Below are positions 48,288-63,139 of a stretch of DNA of 64,000 nucleotides, piece after piece (position 1 is the first letter of the stretch; the number at the start of each line of letters is the position of its first letter). The notes under the pieces were generated by a model. That model was not told the DNA's origin. It saw nothing but the letters and a program-made list of their open reading frames with translations, and made no database searches. The translations under genes and the position numbers were made by a program. Source of the DNA: Chrysomallon squamiferum (lineage: Eukaryota; Animalia; Mollusca); contig CM022677.1 in assembly GCA_012295275.1 (NCBI GenBank), positions 11,904,001-11,968,000 on the forward strand, given 5' to 3'.

Positions 48288-50044
48288 TGAGACAGGAAAT
48301 TGAATTAATTTTATTTTTGTTTTATTTTTACAGGTTCAAGTTTACCACTGTGACCCAACCAAACCTGTTTTATAAAACAAGAACATTATTAATAGAACAA
48401 ATATTTTACATCAGTATTTTAAGATAAAAGTAATTTCAAAACAAAACACACACACACACATAAAATCACATACTTCATTAGTTATAGTCTATTCTAGATA
48501 AAACTCATGGATTGAGTTCAACATAATATTTTGTTTAAAGTAGTTACAAATAAATAAACATATGTACACAATTTTTTATTGAAAATAATTATAAATTTAG
48601 ACTGTTTTGAATTACAGAATGAATGAAAAATAAATTGTGTTTTTCCTTAATTGTCACAAACTGTTGATGTTAATTGTGATGATAAATATTTTGTTTAAAT
48701 AATTTAAATATTTTTATTTTTATCTTTTTATCTTTCTTCATTATTGATCAGTTAGAAAATCATTTTCTTTTGACAACTCTCATTTTGAGAACACTGATTT
48801 TCAAAGTAGTATCTTTATAACTTTTTTTATTTTACTTGAAAAGTATATAAACACTTGAATTACCTTAATATACACATTTATATGCAATAATGACTATTAT
48901 AAAATTCTCTTTTATTATGTGCTTATATAATTAGCATTTTATATTTAGATACATATATAAATATGTAACTTTTTAAATAAATCTATTGTGGAAACATATT
49001 CTTGCTTTTTATTATTTGTATTTTATTATTTGTATGTGTGAGACATCAATAGTTCAAAATCAGTTTTTAGTAATTATGACACCCATTCTAGAATTAGTAA
49101 TATAAGATTAAATTATTTCCTGTATATAGGAAGGTTCTTGTAAAAGATCTATTGCTGCTACGGTAGTTTTGGAATTACTAAATATTTTGTTCTTATTCTG
49201 TGTGTGTGTCAGTGACTGTGTACATGTGCATGTGTGTGACTGTGTATGTGTATGTTTCTGTGTATGTGTGTGTGTGTGTATGTGTATGTTTCTGTGTATG
49301 TGTGTGTGTGTGCATGTGTATGTTCTGCATGTGTGTGTGTGTGTGTGTGCAAATGTGTTTATAAATTTTAATATTAAAGATATTGTCAATCTATAAAAAA
49401 AAAAGTAATGAAAATGAACTGGAGAAAACCACTGACATCACTAATTGAAGTATTAATTTGAATCAACAAAATATATTTTACATAACAGCTCCCACAGGGA
49501 AAAACAGATAATGATCCAGTTATGGCAATAGCAGTAAACTACACAGAGTGGTTTGTATGTTTTGTCTGTTTGAGTACACAAGTGTCTGTGTGCATTTGCT
49601 GATATCTGTATGTTGTCTGTGTATATTGTCTATCCATTTCATTGCATCCATATGTTGTGTATCCATATGTTGCCTGTACTTTTTAGGTGTTTCTATATAT
49701 ATATATATATAAGCTGTGTATGCTTATCTCTGTGCATGTGTTCTGTCTATGTGTTGTATTTGTTTAGTGTCTGTCCATGTATATGCATATACCTATGTGT
49801 ATGTGAAGTTTCTGTGTGCATGTGTTGAGTATGTCTACATGTATATCTGTACATTTTTGGTGGCTTGTGTGTATTGTGGCTATGTATTGTTTATGACTAC
49901 ACATATTGTGTATGTGTGAAGTTTTGTGCTAACTATGCGTATATATGTATGCAAGCAAGTGTTATGTTTCTATGCACTGTCTGCTTGTATATGAATGTAC
50001 CTATATATGTGTTTTTGTATCTACTTATATGCACTGTTTGCTTC

Positions 50045-52820
50045 TATGTTGTATTTGATCATGTGTCATGTGTTTCTATTTACGTGTTTTTGTTTCATAT
50101 CTGTGTATGTGTTGTATTTGATCATGTGTCATGTGTTTCTATTTACGTGTTTTTGTTTCATATCTGTATGTGTTGTATTTGATCATGTGTCATGTGTTTC
50201 TGTTTACATGTGTATTTGTTTCATGTTTGTCATGTGTTGTATTTGATCGTGTGTCATGTGTTTCTATGTACATGTGTATTTGTTTCATGTTTGTGTATGT
50301 GTTGTATTTGATCGTGTGTCATGTGTTTATATGTACATGTGTATTTGTTTCATGTTTGTCATGGGTTGTATTTGATCGTGTGTCATGTGTTTCTATGTAC
50401 ATGTGTATTTGTTTCATGTTTGTGTATGTGTTGTATTTGATCATGTGTCGTGTTTCTATGTACATGTGTATTTGTTTCATGTTTGTCCGTGTATGTGTTG
50501 TATTTGATCATGTGTCATGTGTTTCTATGTACATGTGTATTTGTTTCATGTTTGTGTATGTGTTGTATTTGATCATGTGTCATATGTTTCTATGTACATG
50601 TGTATTTGTTTAATGTTTGTGTATGTGTTGTATTTGATCGGGTGTCAGGTGTTTCTATGTACATGTGTATTTGTTTCATGTTTGTCCGTGTATGTGTTGT
50701 ATTTGATCATGTGTCATGTGTTTCTATGTACATGTGTATTTGTTTCATGTTTGTGTATGCGTTGTATTTGATCGTGTGTCAGGTGTTTCTATGTACATGT
50801 GTATTTGTTTCATGTTTGTGTATGTGTTGTATTTGATCATGTGTCATGTGTTTCTATGTACATGTGTATTTGTTTCATGTTTGTCATGTGTTGTATTTGT
50901 CATGTGTTTCTATGTACATGTGTATTTGTTTCATGTTTGTGTATGTGTTGTATTTGATCATGTGTCGTGTTTCTATGTACATGTGTATTTGTTTCATGTT
51001 TGTCTGTGTATGTGTTGTATTTGATCATGTGTCATGTGTTTCTATGTACATGTGTATTTGTTTCATGTTTGTGTATGTGTTGTATTTGATCGTGTGTCAT
51101 GTGTTTCTATGTACATGTGTATTTGTTTCATGTTTGTGTATGTGTTGTATTTGATCATGTGTCATGTGTTTCTATGTACATGTGTATTTGTTTCATGTTT
51201 GTCCGTGTATGTGTTGTATTTGATCATGTGTCATGTGTTTCTATGTACATGTGTATTTGTTTCATGTTTGTGTATGTGTTGTATTTGATCGTGTGTCATG
51301 TGTTTCTATGTACATGTGTATTTGTTTCATGTTTGTGTATGTGTTGTATTTGATCATGTGTCATGTGTTTCTATGTACATGTGTATTTGTTTCATGTTTG
51401 TCTGTGTATGTGTTGTATTTGATCATGTGTCATGTGTTTCTATGTACATGTGTATTTGTTTCATGTTTGTGTATGTGTTGTATTTGATCGTGTGTCATGT
51501 GTTTCTATGTACATGTGTATTTGTTTCATGTTTGTTCGTGTATGTGTTGTATTTGATCATGTGTCATGTGTTTCTATGTACATGTGTATTTGTTTCATGT
51601 TTGTGTATGTGTTGTATTTGATCGTGTGTCATGTGTTTCTATGTACATGTGTATTTGTTTCATGTTTGTGTATGTGTTGTATTTGATCGTGTCATGTGTT
51701 TCTATGTACATGTGTATTTGTTTCATGTTTGTCTGTGTATGTGTTGTATTTGATCATGTGTCATGTGTTTCTATGTACATGTGTATTTGTTTCATGTTTG
51801 TGTATGTGTTGTATTTGATCGTGTGTCATGTGTTTCTATGTACATGTGTATTTGTTTCATGTTTGTTCGTGTATGTGTTGTATTTGATCATGTGTCATGT
51901 GTTTCTATGTACATGTGTATTTGTTTCATGTTTGTCCGTGTATGTGTTATATTTGATCATGTGTCATGTGTTTCTACGTACATGTGTATTTGTTTCATGT
52001 TTGTCCGTGTATGTGTTGTATTTGATCATGTGTCATGTGTTTCTATTTACATTTGTATTTGTTTCACGTCAGTGTATGTATTGTATTTGATCATGTGTCA
52101 TGTGTTTCTACGTACATGTGTATTTGTTTCATGTTTGTGTATGTGTTGTATTTGATCATGTGTCATGTATTTCTATGTACATGTGTATTTGTTTCATGTT
52201 TGTCATGTGTTGTATTTGATCGTGTGTCATGTGTTTCTATGTAAATGTGTATTTGTTTCATGTGTGTCATGTGTTGTATTTGATCATGTGTCATGTGTTT
52301 CTACATACATGTGTATTTGTTTCATGTTTGTGTATGTGTTGTATTTGATCGTGTTGTGTGTTTCTATGTACGTGTGTATTTGTTTCATGTTTGTCAGTGT
52401 ATGTGTTGTATTTGATCATGTGTCATGTGTTTCTATGTACATGTGTATTTGTTTCAGGTTTGTGTATGTGTTGTATTTGATCATGTGTCATGTGTTTCTA
52501 GGTACATGTGTATTTGTTTCATGTTTGTGTATGTGTTGTATTTGATCATGTGTCGTGTATTTCTGTGTACATGTGTATTTGTTTCATGTTTGTGTATGTG
52601 TTGTATTTGATCATGTGTCATGTGTTTCTATGTACGTGTATTTGTTTCATGTTTGTGTATGTGTTGTATTTGATCATGTGTTGTGTGTTTCTGTGTAGAT
52701 GTGTATTTGATCATGTGTCATGTGTTTCTATGTACGTGTATTTGTTTCATGTTTGTGTATGTGTTGTATTTGATCATGTGTCATGTGTTTCTATGTACGT
52801 GTATTTGGTCATGTATCGTG
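50045..52820. repeat. ~65-bp satellite (63/65/69-bp variants), ~40 copies
   Basis: Unit GTATTTGATCATGTGTCATGTGTTTCTATGTACATGTGTATTTGTTTCATGTTTGTGTATGTGTT. Confidence 0.97.
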
Positions 52821-54669
52821 TGTTTCTTTATGTGCTTTCATGTAATTCTGTGGTTTATATAAATGTGTATGTTTTGTCTCTATGTGTATGGATTAATGTA
52901 AAGAAAATTCAGGTGATGTGTAAACGAATGTTATTTCTCTCTCCTCTGACAAATGTTATGTGTGCATGCAAGTGTTTCAGAGAATGTAGTGTTTGTGAGA
53001 AGTCATGTGGTGTCAGTGATGTGAAGTCAGGTTTTTGACTGCATGCAAGTGTTTTATGTTTGTGTTATCTATGTATTGTATGTTTCTGTGTGTATGTGTG
53101 TGTGTGTGAGAGAGAGATAGAATGTCTGCATGTGTGTGTTTGAGAGTATGTGTGTGTGTGTGTCTGTGATTAGATTGAAACGCATTCCTTTTTTCTTTTG
53201 AAATGAGATTTATTTTCTGAATAGAGATAGCTGACATAAACATTACTATCTACAGCTGTCTCCACAGTTAATATTAATAACTAAAGTACAAGTGATAATA
53301 TTATAGTTATTTAGAAATGTATTCCAATAATATTTAAACTGCTATTATTATTATTCTGTGTAATATATGTAGACGTAACAGCAGTAGCAGTAATAGTAAT
53401 AATAGTAGTAATATAATAGAAGAAGTAGTGTGTTATAGTAGTTGCAGTAGTAATACTAGTGACAACAGGTATAATAGTTGTAGTATTTCTGAAGTAACTG
53501 GCAGATCAGTAGTTTTGCTGAAGTAACAGTGGAGATCAGTAGTAATGGCGGTAGTCTTGCTCAAGTAACAGTGACAGATAAGACGACGGCAACGACGGCT
53601 TCATTCACAGAAATATTAACAATATATTTTAATACAGGAGGGGCACGATCAGAAAAGAAGAATAACAGCGAATAAAATAGGACACTAATTGCAAGACTTA
53701 ATAAAAGGCAAAAGAATATATATATTTTTTTCAGACCATGTTTTCAGACGCATATAAAAGAATGGTATATTCCTGGACAGTAATAAGCAAGTTATTGTAG
53801 TGTGAGTTCTAAGCTTTCTGATTTTATTTGGTGCATTAATAAAAATAATAAGAAGGAAGAAAAAGTAGGGGAAAAATAAATAGCAACACTGTTTATTTGA
53901 AGCTTACGGTCAACGATTGGCTTATAATAAGATAAACAAAAATAATAACAAATAAATAAATAAAAGGAGAACCACATCGATTTATAATTAGCACGTATTT
54001 TTAATAAAGGTTGTTATGCTGCTTTGTTTTATTTTATTTGTTTTGAATGCGGGATGAGTGTCGGTGTTTACGGATTTACTTTTTTATTTGATGTTCGAAG
54101 AATCTTCTACATAATTGTGGTAATCACATTATCTTGCAACAAAACAGTTGCATCAAATATTTCATAACGACACTTGATTAATAATAAAATTCACCAGTGG
54201 TTGTACTAATGTGAACAGCATAAACAACGTCATATAAACAAGAAATCATGTTTAGTCTTTAATTTTGATGTACCATCCTACCAGGGGCACATTTCTGTGT
54301 GGCCAGTAATTACATTTGTTTTAAAATAAACTGACGTGTGTAGCACACACCAAAGTAAACACCACACAATGTGTCAACTGTCAAAGGCTTTATTTATTTA
54401 TTATTATTATTATTTTCTTGAAATAAACTAATAAAACTATTAAAAGAAAATATGCTGATTTTGTTTGACAGGTTGTTTTCTGTCAGTTTATTTATGAATT
54501 ATTTTTTTAAAAGATTTATGTTAAATTGTTGACTTGCTCTATACATTATTAAACATATTTATTGCTGCTACGGTATTTTTGGAATTACTAAATATTTTGT
54601 TCTTATTCTGTGTGTGTGTCAGTGACTGTGTACATGTGCATGTGTGTGACTGTGTATGTGTATGTTTCT

Positions 54670-54719
<50 letters not shown>

Positions 54720-55609
54720 TCTGCATGTATGTGTGTGTGTGTGCAAATGTGTTTATACATTTTAATATTAAAGATATTGTCAATCTATAAAAAAAAAAGT
54801 AATGAAAATGAACTGGAGAAAACCACTGACATCACTAATTGAGGTATTAATTTGAATCAACAAAATATATTTTACATAACCGCTCCCACAGGGAAAAACA
54901 GATAATGATCCAGTTATGGCAATAGCAGTAAACTACACAGAGTGGTTTGTATGTTTTGTCTGTTTGAGTACATAAGTGTCTGTGTGCATGTGCTGATATC
55001 TGTATGTTGTCTGTGTATATTGTCTGTCCATTTCATTGCAACATACAGATATCAGCACATGCACACAGACACTTATGTACTCAAAAGGACAAAACATACA
55101 AACCACTCTGTATAGTTTACTAATATATAAGCTGTGTATGCTTATCTCTGTGCATGTGCTGATATCTGTTTGTTGTCTGTGTATATTGTCTATCCATTTC
55201 ATTGCATCCATATATTGTGTATCCATATGTTGCCTGTACTTTTTAGGTGTTTCTATATATATATATATATAAATATAAGCTGTGTATGCTTAGCTCTGTG
55301 CATGTGTTCTGTCTATGTGTTGTATTTGTTTAGTGTCTGTCCATGTATATGCATATACCTATGTGTACGTGTAGTTTCTGTGTGCATGTGTTGAGTATGT
55401 CTACATGTATATCTGTACATTGTTGGTGGCTTGTGTGTATTGTGGCTATGTATTGTTTATGACTACACATATTGTGTATGTGTGAAGTTTTGTGCTAACT
55501 ATGCGTATGTATGCAAGCAAGTGTTATGTTTCTATGCACTGTCTGCTTGTATATGAATGTACCTATATATGTGTTTTTGTATCTACTTATATGCACTGTT
55601 TGCTTCTGT

Positions 55610-55905
55610 GTTGTATTTGATCATGTGTCATGTGTTTCTATGTACATGTGTATTTGTTTCATGTTTGTCTGTGTATGTGTTGTATTTGATCATGTGTCAT
55701 TTGTTTCTATGTACATGTGTATTTGTTTCATGTTTGTCAGTGTGTGTTGTATTTGATCATGTGTCATTTGTTTCTATGTACATGTGTATTTGTTTCATGT
55801 TTGTCAGTGCCTTTGTTGAATTTGATCATGTGTCATGTGTTTCTATGAACGTGTATTTGTTTCATGTTTGTGTATGTGTTGTATTTGATCATGTATCATG
55901 TGTTT
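55610..55905. repeat. Short version of the same satellite (4-5 units)
   Basis: Same unit at the equivalent position of tandem copy 2. Confidence 0.92.
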
Positions 55906-56229
55906 ATGTGTATTCATGTAATTCTGTGGTTTATATAAATGTGTATTTTTTGTCTATGTGTATGCATGTAATGTAAAGAAAATGCAGGTGATGTGTAAAT
56001 TAATGTTATTTCTCTCTCCTCTGACAAATGTTATGTCTGCATGCAAGTGTTGTCAGAGAATGTAGTGTTTGTGAGAAGTCATGTGGTGTCAGTGATGTGA
56101 AGTCAGGTTTTTGACTGCATGCAAGTGTTTTATGTTTGTGTTATCTATGTATTGTATGTTTCTGTGTATGTGTGTGTGTATGTGTGTGCGTGTGTGATCG
56201 AGATAGAATGTCTGCATGTGTGTGTGAGA

Positions 56230-56263
<34 letters not shown>

Positions 56264-56779
56264 TTAGATTGAAAAGCTTTCCTTTTTTTTCTTTTGAAAT
56301 GAGATTTATTTTCTGAATAGAGATAGCTAACTTAAACATTACTATCTACAGCTGTCTCCACAGTTTAATATTAATAACTAAAGTACAAGGGATAATATTA
56401 TAGTTATTTAGAAATGTATTCCAATAATATTTAAACTGCTATTATTATTATTCTGTGTAATATATGTAGACGTAACAGCAGTAGCAGTAATAGTAATAAT
56501 AGTAGTAATATAATAGAAGAAATAGTGTGTTATAGTAGTTGCAGTAGTAATACTAGTGACAACAGGTATAATAGTTGCAGTATTGCTGATGTAACTGGCA
56601 GATCAGTAGTTTTGCTGAAGTAACAGTGGAGATCAGCAGTAATGGCGGTAGTCTTGCTCAAGTAACAGTGACAGGTAAGACGACGGTAACGACGGCTTCA
56701 TTCACAGAAATGTTAACAATATATTTTAATACAGGAGGGGCACGATCAGAAAAGAAGAATAACAGCGAATAAAATAGTA

Positions 56780-59700
56780 CACTAATTGCAAGGCTTAATA
56801 AAAGGCAAAAGAATATTTTTTATTTTTTCAGACCATGTTTTCAGACGTATATAAAAGAATGGTATATTCCTGGACAGTAATAAGCAAGTTATTGTAGTGT
56901 GAGTTCTAAGCTTTCTGATTTTATTTGGTGCATTAATAAAAATAATAAGAAGGAAGAAAATGTAGAGGAAAAAAAAAATAGCAACACCGTTTATTTGAAG
57001 CTTACGGTCAACGATTGGCTAATAATAAAATAAAAAAAAATAATAACAAATAAATAAATAAAAGGAGAACCACATCGATTTATAATTAGCACGTATTTTT
57101 AATAAAGGTTGTTATGCTGCTTTATTTTATTTTATTTGTTTTGAATGCGGGATAAGTGTCGGTGTTTACGGATTTACTTTTTTTATTTGATGTTCGAAGA
57201 ATCTTCTATATAATTGTGGTAATCACATTATCTTGCAACAAAACAGTTGCATCAAATATTTCATAACGACACTTGATTAATAATACAATTCACCAGTGGT
57301 TGTACTAATGTGAACAGCATAAACAACGTCATATAAACAAGAAATCATGTTTAGTCTTTAATTTTGATGTGTCATCCTACCAGGGGCACATTTTTGTGTG
57401 GCCAGTAATTACATTTGTTTTAAAATAAACTAACGTATAGCACACACCAAAGTAAACACTACACTATGTGTCAACTGTCAAAGGCTTTATTTATTTATTA
57501 TTATTATTATTTTCTTGAAATAAACTAATAAAACTATTAAAAGAAAATATGCTAATTTTGTTTGACAGGTTGTTTTCTGTCAGTTTATTTATGAATTATT
57601 TTTTTAAAAGATTTATGTTAAATTGTTGACTTGCTCTATACATTATTAAACATATTTAATTTTTTTTAAATATATTAAAGTTTATAATCGGTGGGGCCCA
57701 AAATTCTTTCATATTATTTAAGCTAAATAACTGTATAACTCTATGTTAACATTAAAAACAAGTAATGATGAATACAAATTTAAGAAAAATATGACCAGGT
57801 TATTTCACATGTTGACACTGAAAAAATTAATAAAATTATTTCCTATAATAATATTTAACACTTAGACACACACACACACACACAAATAATTTGTTATCCT
57901 CAGTGATAACTGTTCTTTGTTTTCCTTCTTTTCTTAATTGTCAGTTTTAATTTATTTACATTTTGTTTTATTTTGTTGTACTTCCTTGTTTTTTATCTTC
58001 TTATTATTATTAATTATTATTATGTTTTATTTTTTGTTATTATTATTTGTTTAATCTTTATTATTATTATTCATTTTATTCTTCATATCATTATTAATAT
58101 TTGTTTATTTTTGATGTTTTCTACGTCATATGGAGAAAATATTCCAAATTTATTTAAAGAATGTTTCTATGAAAAATCAGATCTGAGTGAAATATTTTAT
58201 AAATTCTCATCCAGCTACACAACCATTGACCAGAACCACACTGTAGAGTGCAAGTGCTGCTGGGATATCTGTAATATGTATATATCGATGGTTTACATTC
58301 AGCATAGACAGGAACAAGAAGGAAAGGGCAGAGCACCACTGAAGTCTGCAGTTTTGTGAAAACAAGCTAATGCACGTGTATGTGTGAGACATATTGCATG
58401 AATGATAATAAGCAAACAAAATTACATTTATCAGACAAATGTAGATTCATAAAAAAAAGAATCATGTTCATGTTGGAATTTCTAAAAACTTTATTTACCA
58501 TTGATGTTAAATTGCAGTATTGTCCAGTTGCTGTCTAGAAAGGGAATTTGCATTATGGAGAAGGATGAATCAGCTGTACAGACACTGCATACTGCACAAT
58601 TCCAAGTTGTAAGTTTTTTATCTTATTTTTATTTCTTAGAAAGTAAAACAAATTTTATAGTAACAACTCTTTACTCATTGTAAAATACCATAATAATAAT
58701 CGCTTCTTTGCTATTGTTTTGTTAATTATTTAAATTGTTACCATTATCATCATTATCATTATAATGATTGTACAAAGTATATCAAAAATATCCCACACCC
58801 CTTTGTGTCTGAATAATCCAATAACTGGTACCAGTAAAATTTTAATTTTAATAATAACACAAACATTAGTTATTTATTTATAACATTTTATTATTTTTAT
58901 TATTTTATTTGTAATTTTTTTTTTTCAGAATGTACATAATTGATGTTGTGATGTTGGCTAGTGAAGTTGTTTCAGTAGAAGGTGCTGTACTTCTGCCACT
59001 GGAAAAGAGGAAAGAAACTGAATTTGAGTTTGTTTTCTTATTATTCACATACACTTGGCAGATGACATACACTTCCATTCATACAGACCTGATTAGCTTG
59101 TTGTAAATGTCTATATTTTAAAACAGAATATTTTAAAATGTTTAACTTTCCTGTTTCCACACACTTTCCTATCACTATTCCTGCAATGACAGACATACTA
59201 AAATACATTGGAGATGGATGTACAGTAGCTGTTGTCTGTAGTTTCTATTGTCTGCAGTCTCTCAATTTTCATGGTTAGTTTAATACCACAATGTTTGTAA
59301 ATAAAATAATGAATCAGGTTTAATATATGAGTCTTAATAACTAGTTAATCAACATAATTTATATTAGGACTGGTTTTCTGTTTTGGTTTTGAATAGGATA
59401 TGTACATGTAAATGTTTCATGATCTCTCTCTCTCTCTGACAGACTCATACATAACTAAAAAGATAAATAAACTGCTCTGTACACAAGAAGAGCTAATTAT
59501 GTGAGCTCATCACAAGAGAGAAATGTCATCAAAGAATATGGCAGAAAGGAGCATCTGTAGAGGCTGTTATTGTTATAGTAATAGTATTAGTCATTTCTGT
59601 TGTTGTAGTAATGTAGATGTTACAGCATTAGTACTTGCAGCATTATTAATAATAGTACTAATAGTAATGTTGCAGAATTGACCTTGGTGATGTTTTAGTT

Positions 59701-59860
59701 GATGATGCTGTCTCCATAGCTTTGTAAAAGTAATACATCTTGAGAGACTCATGGTGATTAAAAAAAAAGGGTCATGGTCAAATTACTGGTTGTAGTGGTG
59801 ATAGTAGTTATAATATTAGTTGTTTTTAGAGAAATTTTTATGATAAACGTAACAAGAACA
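56780..59860. repeat. Right arm of the inverted duplication (no Academ insertion)
   Basis: Reverse complement of 5346-7880 and 1520-1910. Confidence 0.9.
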
Positions 59861-60648
59861 GTAGTTATGTTAAATTGTACCAAGTTAGCTGTGATAGTTT
59901 ATATTGCCCAAAAAAGTTATAACATAACTTCAAATATATTAAAACAATACTGCCCCAGAATCCAAAATGGCAACCCAACAGCCTCAAAATAAAGTAAATA
60001 AAATAAAAACACACACCTACACATGCTCACTTTCAGACAATAACCACTCCCTGCTTCCAAGGCAGTACAGTCATCTCCCAAGTCTAATTCCATGTGGTTA
60101 TTTTGAGAGTGTCTTTGATTGATTGTGTACTACTTCAAGCCTTATATCAACCATCATCATGTCTGTGTATTGAAAACACAGAGGTAGACCTTTGCCATCC
60201 CTTTTTTCAAATGAAATAAGCCCTTGAAAGTTGTTATAAATGACGAGTGTGTGTACCAATAAACTATGAACCTGCTGAAAGTTTAATAGAAACTGACAGC
60301 AGCTACAGTCGCATCAACAAAACAATGGAACAGGCTGCATGTACTGAAATCAAGCATGCAGGTAGCTGCAGAGATTGAGTACTGGATGACTGAGCCCATT
60401 GAGAAAGAGACATTTCTGTTGTCAGGTCTTCAATGACAAAGGCCACTCTTCAAAGATTGTTGATCTTTGAGATGCTACAGGTTTAAGGTTTGTGTTACTG
60501 CTGCTGTGATAGTTGTTGCATTGATGGGAAACATTGTAATTTTCAGTAGTTTTTTAAATTATTTTAAATACATTTCTTTGTTATTTTCCAAAATATTTAA
60601 ATTACCTGCTGACTTATTGGATTTATTACCCTGTTATTTCTGTTTCAG

Positions 60649-60694
60649 AATGGATGACAATAAGCCTGCTGAATATGCAGAAAATGGTGGAAAG
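60649..60694 (+). other. Candidate micro-exon
   Basis: TGTTTCAG|AATGGATGACAATAAG...GGAAAG|GTAAGT with consensus splice sites; reads MDDNKPAEYAENGGK. Confidence 0.35.
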
Positions 60695-61253
60695 GTAAGT
60701 AAAGTTTTAATTATGTTTTATTTATTATATTTATAGATGGTGCCAGAAATGAAACAGGAGAAAAATGTATTGCTTTTCTTTCTTGGATGGATAAAGACAA
60801 ACAAGAGGTCAATTTTCAGACTTAAGGTTTATTTGTATAACAAACTGTAAATGATAATTAGATTGTCAATATCACACAGTTATGAAGAAACACATTTTTC
60901 TTTTCTTTGTTATTCCTTAAATCTTTCATTTTTATTTGTGAAAACCCCCCAAAAAAAAACATGATTAGTAGGAGCGCAGTTAATATGACAGAATGTAGAA
61001 TCAGTGTAAATCGAGAATTATAGAAGAGGTTAAGTGATAAAAAGAACAAATTAAACTTTAATAACAACTAACATTAATGTTAATATTTCAGATAAAATAG
61101 TGCCGACGGAAATAAATTACAAAACGCAGTACAGATAAAGAAAATGTCAGGATTTATTTTTATTTTATTTTTATTTATTTTTTTGTTATCAATCTTAGTT
61201 TACTTTGCAAGTATTAGAAAAAAAATGCACTGACAAAAAAGATATTGTTTTTA

Positions 61254-61309
61254 TGTGTAAGGGCCGTAAGTAATTTCAAGACTATTAAATTTTGAGTATT
61301 TTTAATTGT

Positions 61310-61381
<72 letters not shown>

Positions 61382-61807
61382 CATTATTATAGCTGAAACT
61401 CAAATTATTCATTTACACAACAGTACTCACATTAATATATTTTATTCTCAACTTGTTGATGTAACCGTTCTGACTCTAGAAGACTGTAATTATAAATAAT
61501 AAACTGTGATAGATAATAAAATGTATCTCACCTTTCTTTGTCATATAGCCTTTTCTTTTTTCTTTCTTTTCTAATTTTGGTTTTTAATTTTGTTTTCTTG
61601 CTGAGCACGGTTTATAAAAATATATTGAAACTTTTTTAAAAGCTTACGGCACAAGAGAAAAAAAATATTTTATTATAAATGATATTAACAGGATGAAATA
61701 CCTTTTCTGAAAACTGATAAAAAAGATATATATATATATATATTGTTTGTATGTGTAAGGGCCGTATGTAATTTCAAGACTATTAAATTTTGAGAATTTC
61801 TAATTGT

Positions 61808-61843
<36 letters not shown>

Positions 61844-62021
61844 CATTATTATAGCTGAAACTCAAATTATTCATTTACACAACAGTACTCACATTAATAT
61901 ATTTTATTCTCAACTTGTTAATGTAACCGTTCTGACTCTAGAAGACTGTAATTATAAATAATAAACTGTGATAGATAATAAAATGTATCTCACCTTTCTC
62001 TGTCATATAGCCTTTTCTTTT
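61254..62021 (+). repeat. Direct repeat pair (61254-61560 / 61752-62021), each containing (AAT)n
   Basis: TGTGTAAGGGCCGTA...GCCTTTTCTTTTT occurs twice. Confidence 0.93.
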
Positions 62022-63139
62022 TACAATATTTGTTAAATAAAGAACACAGCACCACTTGATATTACGCTGCACATCTAAATATCACTCTAATATGCTGTGT
62101 AAACCACATTAATTTCTAGCGATCAAGCATTTCACTTTAAAAAGGTTCATGTTGATTCATACCATCAGCCTGTAATTAATCTTCACTTTTTGCCTAAAAG
62201 CCTAATTTTCTATTAACTTGAATGTCACAACAGTAATTATCCTTTAGTTACTAGCAGTACTGTAAATTAATATACTTTAATAGGATGAATCATTTTCTGC
62301 AACTTTATTTAATGCAAAGTTTATAATTACCGCCAGTAGAGCTGTTTTAATGAATACACTGAGATTTAGTTATAATAACCTATATTTTATATCATTTTTT
62401 CTCAGTCTCAATTCACGTTTATGAACAGTGCTCCTATTACAAAATAAACGGGATATCTCAAGGTTAAAATATACTGAAAAAGTTTTTAAAAAAGAAGAAA
62501 AGTCACGTTTTGGTCATTTATTCTCAAGTTATCAGAAGCGCAGTTTATACAACTAAAGTTAAAATCAACGAAAATAACTAATTTTATTAATTACTTTAAT
62601 AACTCTGAACATAATTTGTTATTTAATATTACTATAGAAGGTCCTCCATATTTCTGATTATACTTTCCGGTTTCATAAGGAAGAGGCCACAAATCTTACC
62701 ACTGTTTCTGCATGACTGTAACGAGTTAAAAATCACTCGATAATAAATTTGTCACATAAACAGTGGTGGTGATTTTATCAGAAGGCCTTATTACAGGAAA
62801 ATGTGAGAATTAATTACAGGTTGATGAATACAGCAAATGAATCTTTCTGTTTGTCTGGTATATTACGTGACGCTGCACCTAAAAAGAAAATATCTGATAA
62901 TTCGTTTTCATCAATCTCAATTTAAATCATTTTTCAAAGAAATATTTATTTGGGATCATCGTTATTTTCCGGCTGCCAAAACTGTCGCATATTATGACAT
63001 CTAAAATAATAATATGATGCTTGCTGAAGGACGAAGTTAGTTTCATTTTTACAACATATTCGTCTTAGAATTTTGTTTATACATGGTAGAATTTGTTGAT
63101 AGTGTAAAACTAATGACGTGAGGTAATTCTAATGCCAAT

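Larger units (their letters stand above)
49150..57657 (+). repeat. Head-to-tail tandem duplication: copy 1 ~49150-54559, copy 2 ~54560-57657
   Basis: Both copies start TATTGCTGCTACGGTA and end TTGCTCTATACATTATTAAACATATTT. Confidence 0.93.

Noticed and set aside
49865-53038. Many Cys/Val/Met-rich ORFs
   Set aside because: They are translations of the 65-bp satellite; the unit length is not a multiple of 3.
59990-60460. GC-richer island, possibly coding (also 11330-12260)
   Set aside because: The frames I read contain stops and no recognisable motif.
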